A DNA stretch of 64,000 bases from Armatimonadota bacterium (GCA_037440005.1 JBBIUY010000010.1:20475-84474), one strand, 5' to 3'. Counted from the first letter of the stretch, positions 39,791 to 51,104 are shown. Made by a program: numbers and translations. Notes: generated by a model not told the origin, from the sequence alone.

Positions 39791-40372
39791 GTGCGCCGAC
39801 GGACGCCGCCCGAGCCCGGCACCGCCCCGGACGACGTCGCCGCCTTTGAGGCCCTGGTGGCCCGCTACGGCCAGAGGATCTACACCCTAGCCTACCGCAT
39901 GGCGGGCAACGAGGCCGACGCCCGCGACCTGGTCCAGGAGGCGCTGATCCGGGTGTGGAGGCACCTGCGGACGGTGGACCCCGCCGCCGCCCTGGAAGGG
40001 TGGCTGTACCGGATCGTCGCCAACCTGTTCATCGACATGCTCCGCCGGCGTCCGCCGGCGCGGGTGGACTCCCTGGACGCGCCGGTGGCCACGCCCCGGG
40101 GCGGCGCGGTCCCCCGGGAGGTGGCCGATCCGCGGGCGGACCTGGAGGCGGCGGTGCTGGACCGCCACCTGGACGCCGACGTGCAGGCGGCGCTGCTGGC
40201 GCTGCCGGCGGACGTGCGGGCGGTGGTGGTGCTCTGCGACATCGAAGGGTACTCCTACGAGGAGATCGCCGGAATGCTGCAGATTCCGGTGGGGACGGTG
40301 AAGTCGAGGCTGCACCGGGCCCGCCGGGCCCTGGCCGCGCGCCTGCGGCACCGCCTGGAGGGATCGCCGTGA
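39791..40372 (+). CDS. ECF RNA polymerase sigma factor
   Basis: DARDLVQE, WLYRI, YSYEEIA...GTVKSRLHRAR. Confidence 0.92.
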   Translation: MRRRTPPEPGTAPDDVAAFEALVARYGQRIYTLAYRMAGNEADARDLVQEALIRVWRHLRTVDPAAALEGWLYRIVANLFIDMLRRRPPARVDSLDAPVATPRGGAVPREVADPRADLEAAVLDRHLDADVQAALLALPADVRAVVVLCDIEGYSYEEIAGMLQIPVGTVKSRLHRARRALAARLRHRLEGSP

Positions 40373-40845
40373 GCCACCACCGCCTCAGCCGCCAGCTGTC
40401 CGCCTACCTGGACGGCGAGCTGACGGCAGAGGACGAGCAGGAGGTCAGGGAGCACCTGGCCCGCTGCGAGGCCTGCCGGGACGAGCTCCGCCAGCTGCAG
40501 GCCGTGCGGTCGTTGCTGCGGCGGCTGCCCGAGCCACAGGCGCCGGAGGACCTGTGGGGGGCGGTCCGGAGCCGGACGGTCCGGGCCCTCCCCCGCCGCC
40601 GCTGGCCGGCGCGCGCGGTGCTGGCGGTCGCCGCGGCGGCGGTGGTCGTCCTGCTGGCCCTGCCTGCGGTGCGCACCCGCGTGGACCGCCTGCGCGCGGC
40701 CGGCGTGGGGGTGGACGTGTTTGTCCGGGAGCACGCGCTGGCGACGGCGGGCGAGCCCTTCGCGGACCGGGCGTACCTGGGGCTGCTGATCAGCGACGCC
40801 AGCGCGGCGCTGGCGGGCGTCCCGCGGGAGGAGGAGCGGCGATGA
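40369..40845 (+). CDS. Zinc-binding (zf-HC2) anti-sigma factor with TM helix
   Basis: LSAYLDGEL...HLARCEAC, TM segment; overlaps the sigma stop. Confidence 0.88.
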   Translation: MSHHRLSRQLSAYLDGELTAEDEQEVREHLARCEACRDELRQLQAVRSLLRRLPEPQAPEDLWGAVRSRTVRALPRRRWPARAVLAVAAAAVVVLLALPAVRTRVDRLRAAGVGVDVFVREHALATAGEPFADRAYLGLLISDASAALAGVPREEERR

Positions 40846-41864
40846 GGGCTCTTCCGGTGTGGTCGGCCGTGTCCGCGGCGGTCCTGACCGCCGCGCTGGC
40901 CGCTGGCGCGGCCACCCGGCCCGCCCTCCCGTCGGCGGACCAGGTGCTGCAGGCGATGCTGGACGCGCCGGGGGTCGTGGACTACGAGGGCACCAAGGTG
41001 ATGACCGTCGTCCGCGGCCACAGGGCCGAGACGGTCACGGTCCTGGAGGCGTACAAGCGGCTGGGCCGCCTGCGGCTGGAGTTTTTGTCCCCCGAAGGGG
41101 TGGCCGGCCGTCTGGTAGTGGACGACGGCGCCGCCGCCTGGCAGTACGAACCCTCCCACCACCTGGTGATCCAGAACCCCTCCTTCGCCCGCCCGGCCGT
41201 CGCCCCGCAGGCGGCCGACGTCCGCCGGCAGTCGCTGGTGGCGGTCCTGGGGCGGGAGGAGGTCATCGGCCGGCCCGCCGTGGTGGTGGTCCTGGAGCCC
41301 CGGGCGGGAGGGCCCAGCCGACGGTACTGGGTGGACGAGGTCACGGGGGTGGTCCTGCGCACCGAGGAGAGGGACGCCGCCGGCGAGGTGGTCTTCACCA
41401 GCTTCTTCACCCGTGTCGGCTTCGGCCTGAACGTCCCCGCGGCGCTGTTCCGGTTCACCCCCCCGGCCGGGGCGCGCATCGTGCCCCTGTACCTGTCCGG
41501 CGACCCGATGGACAGCCCGCAGGCGCTGGCCCACCTGGCGGGGTTCCCCGTGGCCGTCCCGGCCTCCCTGCCCTTCGGCTACCGGTTCCGGACGGGGACG
41601 GTGACCCGCCGGGGGCCGCTGGTCGCCGCCACCGCCGTCTACACGGACGGCGCGCGCACCGTGACGGTGTTCCAGGCGCCCGCGGCCCGCTTTCCCCTCC
41701 CGCCGGTGGGAGCGCCGCTGCCCGTGGGCGGCCGGCAGGGCCGCGTGGTGGAGGTGGGCTACTTCCGGGTGCTGCTGTGGCAGGCCGGATCCACCACCGC
41801 GGCCGTGGCCGGCAGCCTGCCCGATGCCGCCCTGGCGCTGGTGGCCGAAGCGGTGACCCCCTGA
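40842..41864 (+). CDS. MucB/RseB-like (LolA-fold) regulator
   Basis: Signal peptide, DYEG, RLEFLSP, RYWVDEVTGVVLR, FRFTPPAGA; operon context. Confidence 0.75.
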   Translation: MRALPVWSAVSAAVLTAALAAGAATRPALPSADQVLQAMLDAPGVVDYEGTKVMTVVRGHRAETVTVLEAYKRLGRLRLEFLSPEGVAGRLVVDDGAAAWQYEPSHHLVIQNPSFARPAVAPQAADVRRQSLVAVLGREEVIGRPAVVVVLEPRAGGPSRRYWVDEVTGVVLRTEERDAAGEVVFTSFFTRVGFGLNVPAALFRFTPPAGARIVPLYLSGDPMDSPQALAHLAGFPVAVPASLPFGYRFRTGTVTRRGPLVAATAVYTDGARTVTVFQAPAARFPLPPVGAPLPVGGRQGRVVEVGYFRVLLWQAGSTTAAVAGSLPDAALALVAEAVTP

Positions 41865-41886
41865 GAACGCACCGGCGGCCGTCCCT

Positions 41887-44364
41887 TTAGCGGGTGACGA
41901 CGTTGACCAGGCGGCCGGGGACGACGATGACGTCGGCCACCTCCCGCCCGTCCAGAAAGCGGCGCACCTTCTCGTTGCTCAGCGCCAGCTCCCGGGCCTG
42001 GGCCTCGGTCAGGTCGGCGGGCACCTGGACCCGGTCGCGCACCTTGCCGTCCACCTGCAGGACCAGGGTGATGGTCGGCGCCCGGGCCAGCGCGGGATCG
42101 TAGGACGGCCACGCCTGGGTGTGGACGCTGTAGGGCTCGCCCAGCCGCTCCCACAGCTCCTCGGCGATGTGGGGGGTCAGGGGCGCCAGCATCAGGACCA
42201 GGGACCGGATGGCCTCCCGCCACGCCGGCGTCCCGGCGTACCGGGCCCGGACCTGGTACAGGTAGTTGGTGAACTCCATCAGGGCGGCGATGGCCGTGTT
42301 GAAGTGGAAGCCCTCCAGGTCCTCGGTCACCTTCTTGATGGTCCGGTGCGTCCAGTGGCGCAGGGGCATCGGCTCCGGCTCCGACGCCGCGGTCTCCGCC
42401 CCCGCGTCCCCGCGTCCCGCCGGTGTGGCCGTGCCCACCACCAGGTTCCACACCCGGTGCAGGAACCGGTGCACCCCGTCGATGCCCCGGCTGTTCCACG
42501 GGCCCCCGCCCTCCCAGGGGCCGATGAACATCAGGTAGGCCCGCACCGTGTCGGCGCCCAGGGTCCGCACGAAGTCGTCGGGGTTGACCACGTTGCCCCG
42601 GGACTTGCTCATCTTCTCCCCGTCTTCGCCCAGGATGACTCCCTGGTTGAACAGGCGCAGCATCGGCTCGCTGAAGGTCACCAGCCCCAGGTCGCGCATC
42701 ACCTTGGTCCAGAAGCGGGTGTACAGCAGGTGCATGACCGCGTGCTCGATCCCGCCGGTGTACTGGTCCACGGGCAGCCAGTACGCCCCCACCCGGGGGT
42801 CGAAGGGGCCCTCCCGGTAACGGGGGCTGAGGTAGCGGTACTGGTACCAGGACGAGTCCACAAAGGTGTCCATGGTATCCGTCTCCCGCTCCGCCTCCCG
42901 GCCGCACCGGGGGCAGCGGGTGCGCCGGAACCCCTCGTGACGCTTCAGGGGCGACTCGCCGGTGGGCAGGAACTCGGCGTCCATGGGCAGGACCACCGGC
43001 AGGTCGCTCTCGGGCACCGGCACGGTCCCGCAGTGTGGGCAGTAGATGATGGGGATGGGCGTGCCCCAGTACCGCTGGCGGCTGATCAGCCAGTCGTGCA
43101 GCCGGTAGTGCACGGCGCGCCGGCCGATGCCCGTCTCCTCCATATAGTCGGCGATGCGCTCCCACGCCACGGAGGACGGCAAGCCGTCAAACGGCCCCGA
43201 GTTGACCATCGTCCCCTCGTCCAGGTACGCCGCGGGCAGGGGCGCGCCGGTCCACCCCGGCGGGGCCACCACCACCCGGATGGGCAGCCCGTATTTGCGG
43301 GCAAACTCGAAGTCCCGCTGGTCGTGGGCGGGCACGCCCTGGATGGCGCCGGCGCCGTAGGTCAGCAGCACGTAGTCGGCGACGAAGATGGGCACCGGCT
43401 CCCCGTTCATGGGGTTGACGGCGTAGGCGCCGATGAACACCCCGTCCCGCTCCCGCTCGGTGGACAGCCGTTCCACGTCCGACTCCCGGGCGGCCTTGTA
43501 CTTGTACGCCTCCACCTCCGCCCGCCGGTCGGGGGTCGTCAGCCGGTCCACCAGCGGGTGCTCGGGCGCCAGGACGGCGAAGGTCATGCCGTACACCGTG
43601 TCCGGGCGGGTGGTGAACACCCGGAACGCCACACCGGGGTGGTCCTTCACCGACAGGTCGAACTCCACCCCCCGGCTGCGGCCGATCCAGTTCTCCTGCA
43701 GCGTGCGCACCCGCTCGGGCCAGTCGATCCCCGAGAAGTCCAGCAGCTCCTCGGCGTAGGCGGTGATCCGCAGGAACCACTGCTCCAGGTTCTTCTTCAC
43801 CACGGGGGTGCCGCACCGCTCGCACACCCGCTCCTCGCCCACCACCTGCTCCCGGGCCAGGGTGGTGTTGTCGCGGGGGCACCAGTCCACCGGCGCCAGG
43901 GCCCGGTAGGCCAGGCCGCGCTCGTACATCTTCAGGAAGAACCACTGGTTCCACCGATAGTACTCGGGGTCGCAGGTGATGATCTCCCGGGACCAGTCCC
44001 ACATGGCCCCCATGGCCCGCAGCTGGGCCCGCATGCGGGCGATGTTGTCCATGGTCCACCGGTAGGGGTGGATCCCGTGCTGGATGGCCGCGTTCTCGGC
44101 CGGCAGGCCGAAAGCGTCAAAACCGATGGGGAACAGCACGTTGTACCCCTGCATGCGCTTGTAGCGCGCCGCCGCGTCGCTGGGCGCCATGGCGTACCAG
44201 TGGCCGATGTGCAGGTCCCCCGACGGGTACGGGAACATGGTCAGGAAGTAGAACTTCGGCCGGGGGTCGAAGTCCTTCGCCTCGTACAGGCGGTCGGCCT
44301 CCCAGCGGGCCTGCCACTTGGCCTCGATCCGGATGGGGTCGTAGCGGTCCACGGCCGTCCTCAC
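41887..44364 (-). CDS. leuS: Leucine--tRNA ligase
   Basis: FPYPSGDLHIGH, FTTRPDT, KMSKS; start GTG overlaps the ilvE stop. Confidence 0.97.
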   Translation of the reverse strand: MRTAVDRYDPIRIEAKWQARWEADRLYEAKDFDPRPKFYFLTMFPYPSGDLHIGHWYAMAPSDAAARYKRMQGYNVLFPIGFDAFGLPAENAAIQHGIHPYRWTMDNIARMRAQLRAMGAMWDWSREIITCDPEYYRWNQWFFLKMYERGLAYRALAPVDWCPRDNTTLAREQVVGEERVCERCGTPVVKKNLEQWFLRITAYAEELLDFSGIDWPERVRTLQENWIGRSRGVEFDLSVKDHPGVAFRVFTTRPDTVYGMTFAVLAPEHPLVDRLTTPDRRAEVEAYKYKAARESDVERLSTERERDGVFIGAYAVNPMNGEPVPIFVADYVLLTYGAGAIQGVPAHDQRDFEFARKYGLPIRVVVAPPGWTGAPLPAAYLDEGTMVNSGPFDGLPSSVAWERIADYMEETGIGRRAVHYRLHDWLISRQRYWGTPIPIIYCPHCGTVPVPESDLPVVLPMDAEFLPTGESPLKRHEGFRRTRCPRCGREAERETDTMDTFVDSSWYQYRYLSPRYREGPFDPRVGAYWLPVDQYTGGIEHAVMHLLYTRFWTKVMRDLGLVTFSEPMLRLFNQGVILGEDGEKMSKSRGNVVNPDDFVRTLGADTVRAYLMFIGPWEGGGPWNSRGIDGVHRFLHRVWNLVVGTATPAGRGDAGAETAASEPEPMPLRHWTHRTIKKVTEDLEGFHFNTAIAALMEFTNYLYQVRARYAGTPAWREAIRSLVLMLAPLTPHIAEELWERLGEPYSVHTQAWPSYDPALARAPTITLVLQVDGKVRDRVQVPADLTEAQARELALSNEKVRRFLDGREVADVIVVPGRLVNVVTR

Positions 44365-45302
44365 CCCGCTTCCGCCGCCGGGCGGGCGGCGTTCACGTAC
44401 GTCAGCCAGCCGTGCCGGTCGGGCGCACGGCCGGAGGTGATGCCGAAGAACTCCTCCTGCAGGCGCCGGGTGACGGGGCCGCGCCCGGCGCCCACGGGGA
44501 TGCGGTCCACCGACCGGACGGGCGTAATCTCCGCCGCGGTCCCCGTGAAGAAGATCTCGTCGGCCACGTACAGGAAGTCCCGCAGCAACGGCGCCTCCCG
44601 CACCGGGATGCCCAGGTCGGCGCACAGGGTCATGACCACCCGGCGGGTGACCCCGGGCAGGATGGCGCTGGTCAGCGGCGGCGTGTACACCACGCCGTCC
44701 TTCACCACGAAGATGTTCTCCCCGCTGCCCTCGCTGACGAACCCGGCGCTGTCCAGGGCGATCCCTTCGGCGTAGCCCAGGTCGGCGGCTTCCATGGTGA
44801 TGAACTGGGAGGTGACGTACTGGCCGCCGATCTTCCCCAGGGGCGTGCCGGTGCCCGGCGCCATCCGCCGCCAGGAGCTGACCATCACGTCCACCCCCTG
44901 CTCGATGGCGTCGGCGCCCAGGTACCGCCCCCACTCCACCACGATGACGGCCGCGTGCAGGGGCGACCGGCGCGGGTCCAGGCTGAACGACCCCGCCCCC
45001 CGGAAGACGATGGGCCGGATGTAGCAGGAGGGGTAGCCGCAGGCCCGCACCGTCTGGACCACGGCGTCCTCCAGCTGGTCGGCCGAGTACGGCAGGTCCA
45101 TGCGGAACATCCGGCAGCTGTCCAGAAGCCGCGCCAGGTGCGGCCGCAGGCAGAACACCGCCGGACCCCGCGGGGTGTCGTAGGCCCGGATGCCCTCGAA
45201 GACGCTGGTCCCGTAGTGCAGCGCGTGGGCCAGCACCGACACCGTGGCCTCCTCGGTGGGCACCAGGCGGCCGTCAAACCACACCATCCGGCCGGGCGTC
45301 AT
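44361..45302 (-). CDS. ilvE: Branched-chain amino acid aminotransferase
   Basis: LHYGTSVFEGIRAY, EGSGENIF, LPGVTR, TGTAAEITP. Confidence 0.95.
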   Translation of the reverse strand: MTPGRMVWFDGRLVPTEEATVSVLAHALHYGTSVFEGIRAYDTPRGPAVFCLRPHLARLLDSCRMFRMDLPYSADQLEDAVVQTVRACGYPSCYIRPIVFRGAGSFSLDPRRSPLHAAVIVVEWGRYLGADAIEQGVDVMVSSWRRMAPGTGTPLGKIGGQYVTSQFITMEAADLGYAEGIALDSAGFVSEGSGENIFVVKDGVVYTPPLTSAILPGVTRRVVMTLCADLGIPVREAPLLRDFLYVADEIFFTGTAAEITPVRSVDRIPVGAGRGPVTRRLQEEFFGITSGRAPDRHGWLTYVNAARPAAEAG

Positions 45303-45337
45303 CGCATCCCTCCCCGCCGCCGGAACCTCCGGCGGCC

Positions 45338-45660
45338 AAAAACAAAGCCCGCCTCCGTCTCGGGGACGAAGGCGGCCTCCGCGGTACCACCCCGGTTGAC
45401 AGCGCTGATGGTGGACCTGGCGGGAATTGAACCCGCGACCTCCCGCACGCCAAGCGGGCGCTCTCCCGCTGAGCTACAGGCCCCCGCTGTCCTCTCCCTG
45501 CCGCGTCCCGTGCGGCTGCCCGGCCCGGCCTACTGGCGGCGCTGCGCGCCGCGTTGGGCGGGCGGCTCCCGGACGAGTTCGGCCGGCCGTCCGGCGCCGG
45601 CGTTCCATCGGCTGCCGGCTCGCTGGGCCGGATCCCGGCCTACTGCTTCCGGTCGTCGCC
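45338..45660 (-). promoter_or_regulatory. T-box riboswitch with Leu (CUC) specifier, controlling ilvE-leuS
   Basis: Stem I has the GA motif (GCGACGA/GGAGC), AGTA, AGCGAG bulge, GATGGAA loop and GAA-CTC-G specifier (45575-45577). T-box GGGGTGGTACCGCG at 45380-45393; terminator with U tract. Confidence 0.92.
45409..45483 (-). tRNA. tRNA-Ala(GGC)
   Basis: GGGCCTGTAGCTCAGCGGGAGAGCGCCCGCTTGGCGTGCGGGAGGTCGCGGGTTCAATTCCCGCCAGGTCCACCA: full cloverleaf, G3:U70, A73, encoded CCA. Confidence 0.95.
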
Positions 45661-45707
45661 GTGTCGTATGCGACCGCCCCGCAACGCGGGGCGGCAGGCT
45701 CCCGGTT

Positions 45708-45737
45708 ATTATAGCCGCGTCCGGCGCGCACCGTCAA
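45708..45737 (-). promoter_or_regulatory. Sigma70 promoter TTGACG-N18-TATAAT driving the T-box/tRNA leader
   Basis: Near-consensus boxes upstream of Stem I. Confidence 0.75.
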
Positions 45738-45809
45738 CGACGCGGCCCGCGCGCGGAGGATTCCCGCTGAGGCGGGAGGCAGCCGCCGGCGGTGGGGGAC
45801 GTGACAGTC

Positions 45810-46508
45810 TCAGGGCGCGCGGATGACCAGCGCGTCGTAGCCGCGCTCGCGCAGTCTGGCGGCCAGGCGGTCGGCGTCCGCGCGCGGCCGGGGCGGCCCT
45901 ACCAGGACCACGTACAGGATCCCCGACCGGCGGATCTCGGCCACAAAGCCGTCCCGCGCCAGCCGCGCCGCCTGGGCGGTGGCGTTCTCCCGCTGACGGA
46001 ACGCCCCCACCTGCACCCGGTACTCCCCGGCGGGTAAAGGTGCGGTCGGTGCGGGAGCAGGAGACGGCGCGGGAGGTTCTGTGGGAGCAGGCGTGGCCGG
46101 CTGTACGGCCGACTCCGCCTGCCCGGACGCCGCCGCGGGCGGGGAGGAGACAGCCTCCGACGGCGCAGGCTGCTCGGCGACGGAGGGTGCGGGGGCCTGC
46201 CCGGGCGCGCCCGTGCCGGGGGACCGCAGGGACGGAAAGCTCGCGGCCCCCAGGTAGCCCACGGCCGCGCCGACGGCGAACGCCGCGACGACGGCGGCTG
46301 CGCGGGAGCGGCGCGCGGGGCGGGCGGCCGGGGCCTGGCCGCCCATGGCCTGGTAAACCTCGTTCACCAGCCGCTCGGCGGTGGCGCGGTCGGGCCACCC
46401 GGCGCCCACCTCTTCGGGCACCTGGATGGTGATGCTGAACTTGCGTCCCGCTCCCGCCTTCCCGCGCTCGGCCACGGCCGCTCTCCCGGAATTCGCTGAA
46501 ACTGCCAT
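45810..46508 (-). CDS. SPOR domain membrane protein
   Basis: TM helix, Pro/Ala linker, YRVQVGAFRQRENA...VLVGP. Confidence 0.85.
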   Translation of the reverse strand: MAVSANSGRAAVAERGKAGAGRKFSITIQVPEEVGAGWPDRATAERLVNEVYQAMGGQAPAARPARRSRAAAVVAAFAVGAAVGYLGAASFPSLRSPGTGAPGQAPAPSVAEQPAPSEAVSSPPAAASGQAESAVQPATPAPTEPPAPSPAPAPTAPLPAGEYRVQVGAFRQRENATAQAARLARDGFVAEIRRSGILYVVLVGPPRPRADADRLAARLRERGYDALVIRAP

Positions 46509-46529
46509 CGAACCTCCCGCAGGACCGTC

Positions 46530-46554
46530 TTACCCGCCCGGCGGACGTTTAGAC
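46530..46554 (-). promoter_or_regulatory. Candidate SigB-like promoter GTCTAA-N13-GGGTAA for the SPOR gene
   Basis: Same -35 as the pilA site; overlaps the upstream stop codon. Confidence 0.45.
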
Positions 46555-47825
46555 CCGGCCGCCGGCAGGCTCCACGGCCCGCAGGTCCGCCCACCTCCAG
46601 GCGGCCAGACCCAGCAGGATCGACAGGGTGCTGGCCCCCACCACCCCGGCGGACGCGCCGCCCCGTGCCACCATCCAGCCCCCCAGCGCCGCACCCAGGG
46701 GCAGGCCCAGCGCGACCACGGCGGCGTATGCGGAAAAGACCCGCCCCCGCAGGTGGTCGGGGGTGACCCGCTGGCGGGCGGTCAGGGCCAGGATGGGGTA
46801 GGGAGCAAAGACCATACCCCCGGCGGCCATCATCGCCGCCGCGGGGGCCACGGACCCGCCCACGGGAGGGCGGCCGTCAGCGCCCCCCACAGAGCGGGGC
46901 TGGCCGCCAGTCCGGCCCACGCCCGCTCCTCCCACCGCACCGACCCGGAGAGCAGGCCGCCGGCCATCCATCCCGCCGCAAACGCCGACCACAACATCCC
47001 CAGCGCCTGAGGCCCGGCACCCAGCACGTCCCGGACGAGCACCGGCAGGGCCACCTCCAGGGGGCCGTAAGCGAAGTTGTACAGGAACGTGAGTACCGTC
47101 AGGGCCCGCAGGCCCCGGTGCCCTGCCAGGTAGGCGACCCCGGCGGCCAGGCGCCACAGCCCCTCGGATCCGGCCGCGGCGCCGCGGGCGGGAGAAGGCG
47201 GCAGCCGGAGGAAGACGGCCGCGTCGGCCAGCAGCAGCACCGCCACGACGACGAAGGTCTGCGGCGCTCCCCGCCAGGAGACCAGCGCCCCTCCGGCGGC
47301 CGGTCCTGCCAGGGTCGCCACCTGGCTGGCCAGGTCCAGCAACGCGTTGGCGGTGATCAGGCGCTCGGGCCCCACGTACGCGGCCGCCAGCATCTCGGGG
47401 CCCAGGAGGGTGAACGCGGCCAGAAGGGCGTCGGCGGCCAGCAGGCCGTACATCCCCGGCAGGGTGAGGGCGTCTGCGGATGCCAGCGCGCCGACCACCG
47501 CCAGGACCCCGGCGCGCAGGACGCTCGTCCCCGCCAGGACCACCCGGCGGTCGGCGCGGTCGAAGATGGGGCCGGCGAGCAGCGCCCCGGCGGCCCGCAC
47601 GAGTCCGCGGACCAGGAGCAGGACGCCCACCGCTCCGGCGGAGCCGCCCATCTGCAGTGCCAGCCACACCCCTGCCAGGGCGGAAATTTCGACGCTGAGC
47701 CAGTCCAGGAGCCGTCCGGCCACCACCCACGGATAGGTGCGGATGGACAGCACCTGGACGTACGCCGCCCACACGCCCCGCCGGGCGGAGCGGACGGCTG
47801 GGGGATCCGCACGCCGCCGGCTCAA
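46549..47825 (-). pseudogene. MFS transporter with an apparent 1-nt frameshift near 46856 (or a sequencing error); start uncertain
   Basis: GPIFDRADRR motif and TMs in ORF 46830-48332; the remaining TMs (QRVTPDHLRGRVFS...) are in ORF 46549-48186. Confidence 0.75.
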
Positions 47826-48685
47826 AGAGGCCTCTCGAAGTACAGGTAGGTGCGTTCGGTGCGGGCTCCCAAATGGCGGACGAACTCGGCCGCCGCCACG
47901 TCCAGGGCCCAGTAGGTGGCCAGGGGAACCAGGCGGCGGTCCTGAGCCAGAGCGGCCACCTCCTGGGCCAGCGCCGTGCCCACGCCCCGGCGCCGGTGGG
48001 CCTCGCGCACCCCCACCATCCAGCGGCCCACCGGACCGTCGGCGCGCAGCAGGCCCACTCCCACCGGCACCGCCTGCCTCTCCGCCAGGACCGCCCAGGT
48101 CTCCTCCCGGCCCGGCCGGGACGGCCCGGCGGGCGGCGCGGCGGACGGGAAGATCTCGTCGTGCAGGCGCGCGATGACGCGGGCATCGTCCGGCGTCGCC
48201 CGGCGCAGCGCGTACCCCTCGGGCGCGCCGCCCCGCCGCCGGTCCATCCCGCGGGCCACCACCAGGGCGCTGGTCAGGGTGAACCCGAACCGGTGGACCA
48301 GGGTCAGGGTCCAGGCGTTGGTCTCCGCGCACCGCACCGTCAGCCGGTCCTGGCGGTCCCGCTGGAACAGGCGCACCAGGAAGTCATAGACCGACCGCAG
48401 GAGCGGCTGCGCGCCGCCGTCGCGCAGGTCGCGGGGCGGACGGACCAGCAGTTCTTCAACCAGCGTCTGACGGCCGGCCCGGCCCACGACGATCAGCCCT
48501 GCGGGACGGCGATCCACCTCGATGAGGTGCACCGCCTTCTCCGCCTGCAGCCACCAGAAGTCCTGGGGGCGGGCGGGGCCGTAGCGGTCCAGGCAGGCGG
48601 AGTAGCCGCCGCGGTAGGCGCTGTCGTACAGGTCCACCAGGACCGCGACGTCGGCGGCGGCGGCGGGACGGATCGCCACGCGCAC
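47822..48685 (-). CDS. GNAT-family acetyltransferase (tandem domains)
   Basis: IRPAAAADV, LRRATPDDA, VREAHRRRGVGTAL. Confidence 0.8.
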   Translation of the reverse strand: MRVAIRPAAAADVAVLVDLYDSAYRGGYSACLDRYGPARPQDFWWLQAEKAVHLIEVDRRPAGLIVVGRAGRQTLVEELLVRPPRDLRDGGAQPLLRSVYDFLVRLFQRDRQDRLTVRCAETNAWTLTLVHRFGFTLTSALVVARGMDRRRGGAPEGYALRRATPDDARVIARLHDEIFPSAAPPAGPSRPGREETWAVLAERQAVPVGVGLLRADGPVGRWMVGVREAHRRRGVGTALAQEVAALAQDRRLVPLATYWALDVAAAEFVRHLGARTERTYLYFERPL

Positions 48686-48697
48686 GCTCTGCCTCCC

Positions 48698-49042
48698 TCA
48701 GCGGTCCACCACGATGGGCGCGTCCGCCCACAACCGCTCCAGGTTGTACAGCGCGCGGGCTTCGGGCCCGAAGATGTGCACCACCACCGCCCCGAAGTCC
48801 AGCAGGATCCACCGGGCCCGGGCATGTCCCTCCCGCCCCAGCAGCCGGGCGCCCGCGGCGGCCATCGCCTCCTCCACGGCCTCGGTGATGGCCCGGATCT
48901 GCACCGTGGTCTCGGCAGATCCGATCACGAAGTAGTCGGCCACCGGGGTGAACGCCCCGATCTCCAGGATGACCACGTCCTCGGCCTTCTTGGCCTCCAT
49001 GGCGCCGGCGGCTCGCGCCGCCAGAGCCCGCGCGGAGGTCAC
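48698..49042 (-). CDS. rsfS: Ribosome silencing factor
   Basis: KKAEDV, ADYFVI, WILLDFG.VVVHIF, YNLERLW. Confidence 0.93.
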   Translation of the reverse strand: MTSARALAARAAGAMEAKKAEDVVILEIGAFTPVADYFVIGSAETTVQIRAITEAVEEAMAAAGARLLGREGHARARWILLDFGAVVVHIFGPEARALYNLERLWADAPIVVDR

Positions 49043-49668
49043 CGGACCGTCCCTCCCGTCCGCAGGTACAGCCCGTGCTTGTGGATGTACACCTCCACGG
49101 GCTCGGGCACCAGGTAGCGGATGGGCCGGCCCTCGGCCACCCGCCGGCGGATGTCGGTGGAGGAGATGGCCAGGGCGGGGATCTCCATGACGTGGATGTT
49201 GGCCAGCAGGGTGCCGGTGACGTTGAACCGGCGCAGGTCGTGGGCGTCGATGGGGAATCCGGGGCGGCTGGCGGCGATGAACTGGCACAGGGTCAGCAGT
49301 TCCGCCGCCCGCTCCCACGCGCCCCGCACGATCTGCAGGATGGCGTCGGCGCCGGTGATGTAGAACAGCTCGCCCGCCGCATACGTCTGGCGCAGCTGCC
49401 GGATGGTGTCGATGGTGTACGACGGTCCCGGGCGGTCGATCTCGATGCGGGACACCGCAAAGTGCGGGTTGGTGGCGGTGGCCAGCAGGGTCATCCGGTA
49501 GCGGTGCTCCGGGTCGCTCACCCCGTCCAGGCTCTTGTGGGGCGGGTAGCGGTTGGGCACGAACAGCACCTGGTCCAGCCCGAACTGGACCCGGGCCTCT
49601 TCGGCGGTCACCAGGTGTCCGTAGTGGATCGGGTCGAACGTCCCCCCCATCACGCCGACGGCCGCCAC
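49039..49668 (-). CDS. nadD: Nicotinate-nucleotide adenylyltransferase
   Basis: GGTFDPIHYGH, SYTIDT, ISSTDIR. Confidence 0.95.
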   Translation of the reverse strand: MAAVGVMGGTFDPIHYGHLVTAEEARVQFGLDQVLFVPNRYPPHKSLDGVSDPEHRYRMTLLATATNPHFAVSRIEIDRPGPSYTIDTIRQLRQTYAAGELFYITGADAILQIVRGAWERAAELLTLCQFIAASRPGFPIDAHDLRRFNVTGTLLANIHVMEIPALAISSTDIRRRVAEGRPIRYLVPEPVEVYIHKHGLYLRTGGTVR

Positions 49669-49729
49669 CGCTCTCCTCCCCGCCCGTCGCCCCGCCGGGT
49701 CCCCCGCCCGGCCCTGCGGTCCGGCCGGG

Positions 49730-51083
<1,354 letters not shown>

Positions 51084-51104
51084 CGTCGCACCTCGCCCCG
51101 CCCG

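Noticed and set aside
45409..45483. tRNA as a prophage or island attachment site
   Set aside because: No integrase and no duplicated tRNA 3' end seen in the window.
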